Positions 1 to 12,297 of a stretch of DNA of 64,000 nt are shown piece after piece. The first letter of the stretch is position 1. The number at the start of each line of letters is the position of its first letter. The position numbers and the translations under genes are program-made. Origin of the DNA: Dudresnaya verticillata (Eukaryota); the NCBI GenBank assembly GCA_977862235.1, contig OZ374557.1, positions 1,364,001-1,428,000 of the forward strand, given 5' to 3'. A model generated the notes under the pieces. That model was given only the letters and a program-made list of their open reading frames with translations. It made no database searches and was not told the DNA's origin.

Positions 1-1144
1 GTGCGACTGTAGATCAACAAATCATCCATATACACCACCATAAAAACGTCAATACATTCGTGGAACACCTGGTGCATAAGCGTTTGGAATGTAGCCGGAG
101 CGTTGCACAGACCCATAGGCATGACGAGATATTCAAACTGTCCGTACTTAGTGTTGAAGGCGGTTTTCTCAATATCCTCCGGACGGACCCGTATCTGATG
201 GAATCCCGTCTTGAGATCCAGCTTCGAGAAGTACTGTGCCCCTGCCAAACGGTCGAACATTTCATCCGGGCGTGGCAAGGGGGCGTTGTTTCGTTTTGTA
301 AGGCGATTGAGAGCCCTGTAATCGACAACGGCCCTCAGTTTTTCCTTGTCCTTCACGAGAAATAAGGAAGCGCTGAAGGGAGATTTGCTCCTCCTGATTT
401 TCCTCTTACGAAGTAGATCCACAACGTACTCCTTCACGGCGAGCAACTCGGCCGGAGATAGTTGGTACAACGGCCACAAAGGCGGTTTTGCGCCCTCTTC
501 TATCTCTATTGAGTGGTCGACGGTCCGCTTTGGGGGAAGTCCCGACGGAAGAGACTCTTAGAAAAAGTCCTCAAAGCGTGACAAAAGATCATCTAGCTGG
601 GGGTCGTGGGACGGCTTGCGTTCTTGCTTGGATGGTGTCTTCTGAGTCACCTGGAAAACCTGGAAGTCTTGCCGGTTCCCTTTCTTCCGTAGCATGGACC
701 GAAACTTCTTTACCCCAAGCGAAGTGATAACTGGACCCTCTTCGCTGTCTTTCTCAATGGGTAAGTTGTCCTCATTAACGACAACCGAATGCTTGGTGTA
801 GTCAATACGGGGTGCAGTTCGCTTATGCCACGGCATACCAAGTAGAACATCATACCGACAATCTGCCACAACGAAGTTGGAACGATACTTGTGGTTCCCT
901 AACCTCAACTCTGCATCTGTCACGAGCTGTGTGGCCTTTTCTACATTACCTTTCTTAGTGTTGCAGCCATCATCCTTCAATATGCGGACGGGAATAGAGT
1001 TTAGGAGCCCCTGAAATACGATAAGCTCCGCAATCGGCACAGCCGATACTTCTGCAGACTTCCTTTGCCTGCGTTCCGTCTGCAGAGAGTGCACTCTTTT
1101 CTCAAGTCCTTCAGGAGTGTCTTTACTGTTCTGCGAAGGACTGA

Positions 1145-2005
1145 CTAGTTTTCCGAGTCACGACTGTGCTCCTCGGTATCTTCGAAAACTTCCTCTTCAT
1201 CGGCCTGGAAGTTATTGGCAGCAACTCCGTCGCCTTGGTGCTTCCACGGGCGGCAACCGACTTTATGGCAAGTGAAGCACGCGTTGTTGCGATAATATTT
1301 GAGTCGCTGACCCTCCAAGGCGCCACGTCCACGCCCACGTCCACGACCTCTGCCGCGTCCACGTGATTCCATGTTCCCAATCTACATGGGCGTGGGGCCT
1401 TGCGAGCTCGAATCGTCGCCTGAAGGCTGCATCTGAACGCCCCAGATTGCACTTTCCACGCGCAGTGCAATCTTTGCCGCATCCTCGAATGTGGTCACGC
1501 TTGACTTCATCACTTCCAGCCTAACATCATATTTCAGACCGGCACTGAACTTATCCCACATTTCCCCATCAGTCATACCCGGGACAGTGAGACAGACATT
1601 GCGAAAGTCTGAGAGGTGCTTGGAGACTGACGTTGTCTGCTTTAGCTTCCTAAGCTTGTTCCTGGCGCGACGGACGTGATCATCACGCACGAACTCCGCA
1701 ATTACCTTCGCCTTGAACTCGGCCCATGTAGCTGGGACGGTGTTTGCCTGAACGAGAGTGTACCACCAAACAGCAGCGGTACCAGTGAGGAAGGGAGAAG
1801 CGTAGAGAATCCTATTCCCATCGCCAAGCTGTACTGCTGGGTTACTCAGCTGCACAAGACCAAGATACTGCTCGACCTTGTAGATCCAGGTATTGACCAC
1901 GAGATAATCCCGACGGCCATCGTAGGGTTCGGGCTTGTTGGGCTTCAGATTGATCGGACCTTGAGCTGCAGCCATTGCGGGGGAGTTATCAGTGAGATCG
2001 GTCAC
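1145..2005 (-). pseudogene. gag: Element A gag, copy 1, with an in-frame TAG at 1382-1384
   Basis: KPEPYDG, AAVWW, W-x-EF and LKQ capsid-type motifs. PM*IGN (likely PMEIG originally), then RG repeats and a zinc knuckle in the same frame. Confidence 0.88.
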
Positions 2006-2021
2006 GAAGCGATGCTACCAC

Positions 2022-2464
2022 TGAAACAAACACCTTTTTACTCAATGGATCGATGCCCTCCGTCGCCGGAGTGAAGGCCGAGCGACGACTGATAAAGTCC
2101 TCCCTGTCTCAGCGACCCGAGGCAGGGTCGCTCAGAGACCCCAAACAAAGGGGTGAAGTCCGCCTTACATGGCTGACATCCTAAAATACAATTAAAACTG
2201 GACGGTGCGACCGCAGGAGGCGCAGATCGGCTGCACCGATCTGGCTGGAAATCCCAAATGTCGCCAGAAATAAAAACAAAACAGATAAGCGGCGGCGCGC
2301 AGCGCCGCTCCCGATGCGCTCGAACCCTACCCTCGAGCGCCACCGGAAGCAAATCGGTGCTGGCCACCCCGCCAGGGCCACTTACGTCAGCCCGGCCGCG
2401 CCGGCCAGAGTACGAGTACGTATGATAAAAGAAACACGTGGGCTCACGTGGCATGACCGTTTCA
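2022..2464 (-). repeat. 5' LTR of element A copy 1 (443 bp, TGAAAC...GTTTCA)
   Basis: Matches 45068-45510 and 49890-50332. PBS-like TGGTAGCA is adjacent on the minus strand (2013-2020). Confidence 0.95.
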
Positions 2465-4684
2465 AACCCTACAACGAAGAGTGGATCGTCGTGCGAAATA
2501 GGGCTTGTTCACGTCCATGGAATGGGGATACCGGTGGGACTGTGGGAGACCGGAAAATGAGAACAACCCAACGCACACACCGCAGCCCGTTTTTTGCGGG
2601 GCATCTTCTATCCAGGGGCCCAATAAAGACGCCGGGAGCCGGAAATGCTATCCACTCTCAGTTAGAGTTAATACTGATAGTTAGCTAGTACTGTACCCTA
2701 TGCCAGCCCAAGAATAGGAAGGTGTGGTAGTACCAAAATGAGGTATGCGCACGTCGCTACTTGGTGCGCGGTGTCAAAATACCTGCGAAATAGTATCACA
2801 CCGCCAGCCATACGGCGTGGTGAGCGCTTCCATAGCTAACCTGCTAATGTAAACCAGCTCTATCAGTCCCTGTCCGCTAATGAGTCCCACGCTTTACAGG
2901 CGTCTCGTCTACTCGTTTTTGTTTACAGTGATCGGGCGCGCAGTATTCCACACGGCCTGGTATTAAAACTGCGCGACTCCGTTCATTACAGCGATGCTGT
3001 TCCCAGAGGTGCTGGCAGTTAGGATTTGAAATATCACGTGAGCGATTGGCCCAGCCAAGTTTGGTGTCCAAATTTCTAGAAGAATAATGTCAACGAAAGT
3101 TGGCGCGTGCGTCAGGTCAGCACGGCGTGAGCCGTCGGCGATGGCGCGATTTTGGCGTCGCAACTGTATCCGTTGTGCTAAGAGACGGGGTATATATTTC
3201 CACTTCGGCTCAGAGCCGACTGTATTGCTTCCAGTGATCGCTCGCTTTGCCGGCGTACCGCTTCAGCATTTCAGATCGAGGTACTCCTTTCTGAAGACCG
3301 GCTTTGGACCCGACGTAATATTCCAGAAAGGTCTCCGTACCCAAGAGTATGTTCAGGTAGCGCTTGCCACCTTTGGGGTCGGCTCTGGAGCCGCTTTTCT
3401 CACATAATATCAGGCCCCTGAGCCTTAGAAGAAACGATTTGGGCTCAAGAACCACTTTTGAGCAAGGCGTTCCACTACGATTCGCGACATAGTCCTTACA
3501 CCATCTGTTTGGATGAGTAATCCGGTTCTCGCTTGTAAGGCTGGCTCTAATTTCAGCATCCTCGGGTATGAGGGTGACTAGGCGGGGTGCCGTTTGCCAC
3601 TAAGTGCAGTCGTGATTTGCCCGTCTGTTCCTACGTTTCTCATACCAAACCCCGCGCTGAGGCTGGTCGTGATGACATCCAATGATGTGGGGAGGCGTGG
3701 CACAGAGCCGCATGTAGAACAGCATGAGCCATACCCGAGATGATATGCTCACCGGAACGAATCGGCTCACCTCTGTTATTCCGGGTGGGGCGTCGTGCTA
3801 TCTTTGGGATCTTGTGTACGCGCGATTCAGGCATGAGGTGTTCTTCATGAACAGTGTGAGTGGGAACCTGAACTATGAGCTGGGCATGTTACGGTAAATA
3901 TATTTTAGTGGAAAGAGGGACCTCGACATGGTCAACCACGCCCGTCCCCTGATTCGGAAGGGCCCGGACAACTAGCCATACGCGTTAGTCCGTGTGGTCC
4001 GCTCGGACGAGTAAACGAACCTCAAGTATGCGCTTGCAATGCGCTCGACAATCCCCAGACTGCCAAACCGTTAGCGTGTGTTCGCTTCGAGCGACGTCAG
4101 CGTCACAATACTGAGTTTCTTATTCCTTTCCAGTGCCAAGAAGTGGTTTCCATTAAACCAGAGTATTAGAGATCGAATTACAATTAGGTCCCTGTCGAAC
4201 ATGTGACTATGAAATTTCCTACGCCATACCGGTGGGAACACCCACCATTGCGGCTTACTTTAGATCGAACATGATGGATAGCGCAAGCCATGGATGCGTG
4301 CGTCTTTTGGATTCTTCTCGTCACGTGTGGATATTTTTAGTTTCCTAGACTCTCATCTATGAGGGGCGTCATGGCCTGCTCTACTTCATCTATCAGCCAC
4401 CCCGTACAGCTGCGAAGAAGCTGGGTGTCGAGAATCTGTCGTCGGATGCCAAATATTCGAAGGTCTTGGAAGCCCTACTGGTATGCATAGACTGCATGTA
4501 CTAGACTCGAGTCTCCAAGAGGAATCGGCGTCTCGCTGCAAATAACGGTCATCGCACTGCAGTGTATAAATTGGGTAGACTTTGACCCAGAGGATAGGCA
4601 TCCGTTGTTGCCGGATTTCCTTATTCAGCCAGAGTCGACGACAGAAAGACCGCTGGTCTTCGATGAAGGTAACCGCATTACTGG

Positions 4685-5376
4685 TGTGGTAGTATGGCGC
4701 GACGAGCCAGTAGCCCGCTAAACGGCAAGGACAGCTGTCCCGTGCGCGCACACACCCTAGCGACGGCAGCTCAATGGGGAGTTGGTAGAGACTTGAGGGA
4801 AAAGGGGAAAAGGCTAGCGTGCCTGAAAGAAAGGGAAAAAAGGGGCGGCGCCACCCTAACACTCGTAGAGTACAAAGCCGTACGAGGCTAAAGCTTGTAA
4901 AGCACCTGGAAGGGGGAGTACGGTGAGCCCGTGTAGACCAAAGAAAGGGTACAGACCCGAAACCCACCGTAGGGTTCTATTCAGCAGACCCTTACTAGTC
5001 AGGGGCGCAATAAATATGGCGAAGGCCGAAAGCGCCTTCGCCGCTATCCCTATTCTAAGCTATTGGAGTTAGCGTTAACAAATACAATGAGGTAGTGAGC
5101 GGTCGTACTCCGCCCTGCGCACGTAAGGTGCTTATGAGTCGGGCGCGCTCCTACGCGTAAGGCCATGGTAAATCAGTCAATCACGGCTAGCCATCTCATT
5201 GGCGTCATGCTGTTCCCAGCAATGCCATACAGAGTGGCCAGCAATGCATTTAGGCCTTACAGCACACCAGCACGTGCAGCGCCTTACAGGCGCATGCCAC
5301 GCGCAATATTACCCGCGCATTACAGGCCCAAAACACGTGTACGTGCTTACAGCCGCTGGCGGTTCATTGTACCACA
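4685..5376 (-). repeat. 3' LTR of element B copy 1 (692 bp, TGTGGTA...TACCACA)
   Basis: 7-bp terminal inverted repeat. Homologous to 63314-63945. PPT-like AGAGAGGGAGCCG on the minus strand at 5377-5389. Confidence 0.88.
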
Positions 5377-7414
5377 CGGCTCCCTCTCTAAAGCTGAGAG
5401 ACCCGCGAAGCCAGCAAGGCTGTTTCCATTGGCTCTGTCAGTGCGGACGCGTTGTGGACGTCCCAAACGGCCTGTTGAGGGCAGGTGTAACCGCCACCAA
5501 AACGTCTGTTCCGGCGTCGGGCTTCTCGTCTCGACGGGCATTCAGTATCGCTTTCGCGTGAAAGCCTTGACCGGCTGGTTGAAATTATCGCGTGTCGGCG
5601 CGTTTCCATTTCTTGATTTGCCCGTTTCGGCATAACGCTCCGTGTTTCTGGCTATATCCCGCACTCGGGACGTAGATTTCAAAGCCGAAGTGACTATAAG
5701 GACGACGACCTGTGACGAACAGCCAAACCAATCTCCAGGGTGAAGGTGTGACCCTCTCAGGTATCCGAACGAGGATTCACGTACACTTAAATTGTGTGCA
5801 GGCCGGAGTAGTCAACGGCGTTATTGACTTTTTCTTTGTTTTCGTTCAGAACTCCGGAACAAAACGTAGGGTGATACCCATCGGGTGTCAAAATGAATCT
5901 GAGGTTTGCATGGAGCAATCGGTCCACAATTTGGCCCACTCGGCCCACCTGGTCCACTGATGGTCCAGTCGGACCGGACCGCTGTAATGCAGGCTTACAG
6001 TAGCCCCCGGGTACCGGATCTTGATTCGGGGCGCTCCGGGATCCGGATCAGGCTCAACAGCCGAGGCCGCCGAGGATGGCTGCGTAAGTCGCGCTCCTGA
6101 CCACACCTGGTCTCGATTGCCCACAGCGTCGAGGTGTTATTGCCGAGGGGGCGTTATGTCAGCATGGGCGGCTCCTCCGCTTGGCAGTTCTTCCGCAACC
6201 AAGCCTATCGAGGCGAAAGGGGGAGGTGTTGTACCCCCAGAGGCGGCAGTCGAGCCGGCGACGTCTGCTCCGACGACTTCTGAAGTCATCACGAAGACCG
6301 AACTCCTTCTCAAGGACTGAGAAGAAATCGAGCCCAGGGAGGGCGAGGGGGAGCGAGACGGTGCGCCGATGGACATCGAGGGACAGGGTTTTGGCCGCGA
6401 TGGCTCAGCCAGTGAAGGCTTCGGCGGACGTCGGGGTCGCGGCCCTCGTCGTGGGCGTGGGGCTTGAGTAGTGCGCGAAGTGCGTCGTGGCACGACAGCT
6501 CGGGCGACGTCTGGTCCCAATCCTCCGCTCGAGGAGAACGAGGTCATTGACCTACTTTCTGACTAGCGCGTCGCGCACTAGCCCCAGGCTTATTGCCTTA
6601 CACTTGTGAGCGGCTGGTCCGCTAAATAAACCCGTCTGGTATACTTAGACTCACGGCCTTTGGTAGGCGGTACGCGCCTGTGCGGCATGATAGTACTCCC
6701 ACTCTGGAACTTAGCGGATTTGCATCGCTGTGGTTCAGCGCCAGAATAGTGGCAGTGGGTGCTTTGAGCTCGCGGGCTGTGTGGCACCACGAGCCGTGGG
6801 ACAACCCCTTATTGGGTGATCATTCCGCCTCCCTGGTGCCACTCGTGGGGTGAGACGGTGCCAGCAATGCGCTACCGCGTGCTACAGTGGCTTCGAAGAA
6901 CACTGTAGCCGAAGCGGTGAGACGCTGATTTAGAGACTCCCCATTGGAGCCCCATTCCGCCTCCCTGGCTGTGGTGACCTATCAGCGGCAGTTGTTCAGC
7001 TCTACAGTAGCGAGTGGCAGTACTGTAGCGCTTTTTGGCGCGAAGCGAGCGCCTCGCAGGCTAGTCGCGCTGTTGAGCGTGGTTACGCGGCCTTGGTTTC
7101 GCCCGATGCTCCAGGGGTTATTGCCAAGGAGGCTTCCCTCGACGAGGACACCATATCTTAGAGGCTCTTCGCGCCTGCTTCGGCATTCCTGTCGTGGCCG
7201 TAATGGACGCTCAAAGGGTTGGCCCTATTTCAGTCTGTAATGCCCCGTCGGGGGCGCGAAAGTGTGCACGCATGCGTCATACTCGCGAGCAGCGTCACCG
7301 AGGTTGGACTTCGACGAAGTTGGTCAACTTATAGCGGGGCTCGCCCCGGGCGTAGGCCCTCACTCAGGATCTAAATCCTCATGTTCCTCATACGAGCAAC
7401 GTTCATGGTTCGCC

Positions 7415-7549
7415 TCTATCCAGGTAGCTGTACAGCTCATCTATCCAGAATCTCGATTCTTGAATCATCTATCCATTTCCACATCTATCCATGTAGCTAT
7501 ACAGCTCATCTATCCAGAATCTCGATTCTTGAATCATCTATCCATTTCC
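7415..7549. repeat. 69-bp tandem repeat, two copies, in the 3' region of element B (also ~55282-55416)
   Basis: tctatcca...tacagctcatctatccagaatctcgattcttgaatcatctatccatttcca starts at both 7415 and 7484. Confidence 0.9.
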
Positions 7550-7823
7550 AGAGTCTTGACTCTTCTATTTCCATCTATACAGTTTGTTGTTAGTCAGCTC
7601 ATCAGCTTAAAAGGGGGAATGGTCATTCCCATTTCCTATTGTTATACACAGGCCCATTGGCCGTTCTTGTTATCGCTACTGCAGAGCGTAGTGCTCGTCA
7701 TCCACAATGGGTTAACCTCGTTAGGCGCTTATTCGCAACTCCCACCTGCGTTTGCAGGGCCAGATCTAGCCTCTTTTCGGCGAATTTGCTCTTCTTGAGC
7801 GATGACCTAGCGTGAGACGCTTA

Positions 7824-10800
7824 TTACGGGAGAGCGACCCCTTTGCCTCGATGGTATCTTGCCACCAAGTTATGAGGAAGATGTTCCTTGGGGTCCCAGG
7901 TGTCTTCGAAGGCTGGGAGCTGAAACCACCGAACACGGTAGAGGCTTCGATCGGCGCCGTAAGACACAATGCGGTCGTAAACTCGCTCGCGCGGCGGCGC
8001 TTTCTTAAAACGAGAAAACTTCCGCGGGGAAGAGGGGTCGTTCCGCATTGTCGCCGAAGTGTTGGGCGCGGCGGTTCCAGGATCGCGATCCGGATCGGGA
8101 GGGGCCGCAGCCACTGTCTCTTCGGGACTTGGTATGGATGTCCCATCAGCAGGCGGCACCGCGAGAGTCGGATTATCCGTAATATCGGTAACTCCCTGTC
8201 TCTCGGGGGTGTGAGGATCGCTATCCGCATTTGCGCCTTGTGGCGTGAGGTCCACTACTGAAGGGTCTTGACCCTGCGCGCTTGGTTCTTCATGCGGCGA
8301 GGGGGCCAAGGTAACCCGGTCCAGAGATATCGTCTCTCTATCTCCTTTGATGTCTAGAACGACAACGTGCGTTCCACGTTCTAGAACCTTATACGGCCCG
8401 AGAGCCTTAGGGAACAACTTCCCTTCGCGGGCCACACCGGAAGCGTCCTTCACCTTCGTTTCCCTCTCTAGGAAAACCCAAGACCCAGGTCTCACTTTCT
8501 GGTTAGCCGGTCCAATCCGATTATTGAAATTAGTTTCATAGCGCCGTTGCGCTAACTTCATCCGCGGCAAGGCCGTATCCATCAGCTTCTCTAAACGTAG
8601 AGTCAGCCGCTTCTTAACGTTAGTCGCCGGCACGTGGTCGACGTCCACTGTCTCTGCTTGTTCTATTAAGATGGATGTCGGGGGGTTAGATAACACCAGA
8701 TCGAAGGGCGCCAGGCCTGTAGCCCGATGTACAGTAGCGTATTGAACGCAGAGGTAAACTCGTCCCAGTCTTTCTGATCTTCGGCGATGAAGTGTCGCAA
8801 ACCCGCTAGGAGGGTACGATTAAATCGTTCTGTCTGACCGTTCGTCTGCGGATGATAGATTGACGTAAACATATTCCTAATTCGAAGGATGTCGCACACC
8901 GCGAGGAAGAACTTGGACGCGAATTGCGTGCCATTGTCCGAAAAGACGTCACGGGGTGGGCCGTATATGAAAACCCAATGCTCGCAGAAAGCCTTGGCCA
9001 CCGTATAGGTTGTCACTGTCTTTAGCGGTATCGCCCGCGTGAGCTTTGAGAATCTGTCAGTCATGACTAGGAGGAACTCGTCCCCTTTGCCTGAATGGGG
9101 CAGGGGACCAAGGATGTCGATCCCTATGAATTCCAAGGGCAACGTTGTCGGGAATAAATTCATGCGGGAAGTGTGTTTTCGAAGTTGGACGCGCTCTTGA
9201 GCGCACTTGACGCAATTCCTTACTGTCGCGTACACGTCCAGAGACATCGCAGGCCAATATACCTGTCGTCGAAGGTTGTGATACATCCTGGTGCCACCAG
9301 GGTGGCCGGCCAACTCCGGGTAGTGCGCTAGGTGTAGAACCTTTTCTTTCAGTGATCTAGGTACGAGTACCTGTAGCGCATGGTCTACGTACGACTTGCG
9401 CACAAGGAGTCCTCTCCTATTCTCGAGATATCAACCATGTTTACCCGTCTCGAGGTTTCCCCGCACCCAGATGCAGAAGTCGTCTGATTTTTGCTCTCGG
9501 AGCAGCTCCTCCACTGTTATGAGGGAGAGACCCTTCTGTGGTGATTCCTTGTCGGCCACCTGAGCTATTAGCTGTTCGTCATCTGAAGGGTCGCCGTCCC
9601 GAGGTTCGCCTTCCCAAACCTCTAAGGGTTGGGGTGGTGCACCCGTTCGCGGTTTCCGCGTTGGCGACCGTTCGTCGCAGGCGTCCCTTCGATCGTCTTC
9701 GATTACAAAACAGGGGATCTCGATGTCCGGTTCCCACTGGGTAAAGCCGTAGGTTGGCAGCCGAGAGACGGCATCTGATCTGATTCTTCTTTCCTTTTCG
9801 GTATTGTACCGTGAAATCATATTCCAACAGGCGTAGCCTCCAACGGGTCAGTCTCCCTGAAGCATCAGTCATGCTCATAATCCATTTTAAAGCTTGTTGA
9901 TCCGTATACAGGTCGAAATGGGACCGCTCCAAATATGGACGAAGCATCCGCGTTGCCCAGACCACTGCTAGGCATTCTTTCTCGCCTACCTAGTAGTTCT
10001 TTTTCGCCTTCGTTAGGCTGCGGCTCCAAAACCCTATCGGATGTCGGGTGCCATCTTCTTCCATTTGCATCAATGCCCACCCGATTTGGTAATCACAGGC
10101 GTCCGTGTCGACGGAGAGAGCCTTACCTTCTTGAGGGAGCCGCAGTATCGGCGGAGCGACTAACGCTTTCTTGAGAAGTTCAAACGCTTCTCGCTGACGT
10201 TCGTCGAACGTTGGCAACTCGAAGCCCTGATCCTTTTGTAGGAGTGTATTAGGCGGGGCCGCCACGCGCGCGAAGTTAGGCACGAAACGCCTGTACACAT
10301 TACAGATTCCAATAAATGACCGTAACTGGGTCTGAGTCTTCGGCTCCTTAAACCCTTCGACGGCTTGGGTATTCTTGGTTGCCACTTCTAGCAATCCTGG
10401 GCGGATCACGTGCCCTAAGTAATCAACACTCTTCGTGAAGAAGTTGCACTTCTTTAGTTTCAGCGAAACTCCTGCTTCTTGAAGTACTTCTAGAATGTCC
10501 TTCACGTGTTTGAGGTGTTCGTCGACCGTCGTCGAGAATATAATGATGTCGTCCAAATAGACTAAACAGGTTTTCCACCTGAATCCGGAGAGTAGGATAT
10601 CAACCGTACGTTGAAAGGTCGCGGGAGCGTTACAGAGCCCGAAGGGCATTTTGCAAAACTGGAATCATCCGGCATGGCAAGTGAAAGCCGTTTTGTGCTT
10701 GTCATCTTCCTCGACTGGAATTTGCCAATACCCGGAATTACAATCCAAGGTTGTAAAGTATTGGGCGTTTCCCAGCGAGTCCAGACACTCGTCCATCCGC

Positions 10801-12297
10801 GGGAGAGGATAAGTTTCTTTCACTGTGATAGCGTTGGGCTTGCGGTAATCGACGCAGAAACGTAGGGACCCATCGGGTTTCTTGACCAGAACTACGGGGC
10901 TTGCGAACTCCGTGCGAGCAGGCTCGATGACGCCTTCTTTTAGCGTCTTGTCTACTTCGTCTTGTTCGACTGGTCTAGCTTTCGGGCCCGACCGATAGGG
11001 TTGCGAGAATACAGGTTTCGAACCTTCTTGTAGTTCAATGCGGTGCTTCGTCATCTTGATTGTTCCCAGCTGGCCGTCCCACATACCGGCGAACGGTCGG
11101 AGCATTTTTCGTATTCGACGACGGTCCGGCTCGGACAGGTGCTCCAGTGCCAAGTCATCGACTGACATGGGAGGCGATGTAGAGGTTGCTGTTTTAATTC
11201 CAGGTTTTACGCCTTCGCTACCAAGAGCAGCAGCGAGTCCCGCCCCCCCACATCGGGGAACGTGTCCGGTTGAGGACTGGACACGGAGGTGTCAGGATTG
11301 AGGCCAGGATCAGATTCCTTGATGGAAACAGCGTACACCGGCGTCCGGGTGGGCGCCGGTGCAGCCTTCCCGAGGCTTTGATTCTTCTGAAGCTGCTGCA
11401 TGTGCGGCGGGAAGTTCGCAACCTTCACGTGGAAGAGCCGATTCGATTGTAGATCGACGATACCGTTGGTCACGACCACGTGTTGACGGTCATATAACTG
11501 TGGAAATGATTCTAGGAAGTGCGTTTCTTGGGCCGAGCAGGTCACGGTGACCCATGTCTCACTGCCCGGCGGTAAGTTAGTGCATGCGGCGACGCCTATT
11601 AGTCGCCAGGTAGTTAAAGGAGGGACATCCATTGGTTCTGAGGGTGGACCTTCACGGGGTATGCCGCAACGGCGCCTTAGGATAGGGTTATCGACCCGTC
11701 TCGGAGAACGATGTTCTGTTTCCGAACACGTAGACCCTCGACGTGGGTATCGATAAACGTGCATCCCAGGATGGCGTCCACTGCAAGTGCTTTGACGACA
11801 ACAAAAGGTTGTCGAACCGTGTATGAGCCCACGAGTACAACCAGCGAGATGGTTCCCAGTGTAGTTAGTCTATGACTTGACGCAGACGTCAAGTTGACGA
11901 TCGACCTGTTCGTCGAGATGCGCTTCTTTTCTTCCGGAGAAAGAACTTCCGCCCGGATCAGATTAGGGCCAGCCCCTGTATCCAATACGGATAGTACTCG
12001 AGTGAGTTTGTCCACAGAAGTCCCGACGGACGCAGCAACTTTATAGTTGTAGCATGACAAGCAACAGACTGGGTCCTTACAATACTCTTCATACGTACGC
12101 CCACGGGGTAAGCCCATGGGGCGGATTAAGATGTTCTTCGGAACAGAAGCGACATTCTCACGTGAAATCGGTCGATTCGTGGAGAAGCTGTCGAAGCTTG
12201 TGCTAGTGAAGCTGCGTTCAGCGAATCGATCTGGAGGTTCCGATGTAACCTGAGTGATCGGGTCAACCGAAACCGGTTCCCCCCTCTCTAGTTTTTC
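7824..12297 (-). pseudogene. pol: Element B pol, copy 1 (PR, RT, RNase H, integrase, chromodomain), with several stops and frameshifts
   Basis: LDTGAGPN; SPVVLVKKPDG..RFCVDYR; YLDD; DACDYQIG; H..GHPG..CVKC; IDILGP, SDNG, HPQTNGQTER; GPY; YRVRW...DTWDP. Confidence 0.95.

Larger units (their letters stand above)
1..2464 (-). mobile_element. Ty3/gypsy element A, copy 1 (5' LTR, gag, PR, start of RT; truncated by the window edge)
   Basis: Near-identical to 47869-50332. RT motifs MPMGLCNAPATFQ and YMDD. LTR 2022-2464 is followed by the same AACCC. Confidence 0.95.

Noticed and set aside
1382..1384. Programmed readthrough of the TAG in element A gag
   Set aside because: It falls in the PM(E/D)IG motif, so a GAG-to-TAG mutation is sufficient. 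Both copies share it by duplication.
2038..2454. ORFs within LTRs (also 4386-4967, 45084-45548, 63080-63595)
   Set aside because: They have no domain motifs, cross LTR boundaries, and recur only because the LTRs are repeated.
2465..4684. Short ORFs and a purine tract plus TGTGGTAG (~2710-2730) in the spacer
   Set aside because: No recognisable domain and no matching LTR end. It may be an old TE relic but cannot be supported.
7415..7549. CRISPR-like array (also 28342-28560)
   Set aside because: Only 2-3 tandem units, with no unique spacers and no cas genes.
7604..7624. PPT-like AAAAGGGGGAA-TG on the strand opposite element B
   Set aside because: No associated LTR or plus-strand retroelement ORFs.
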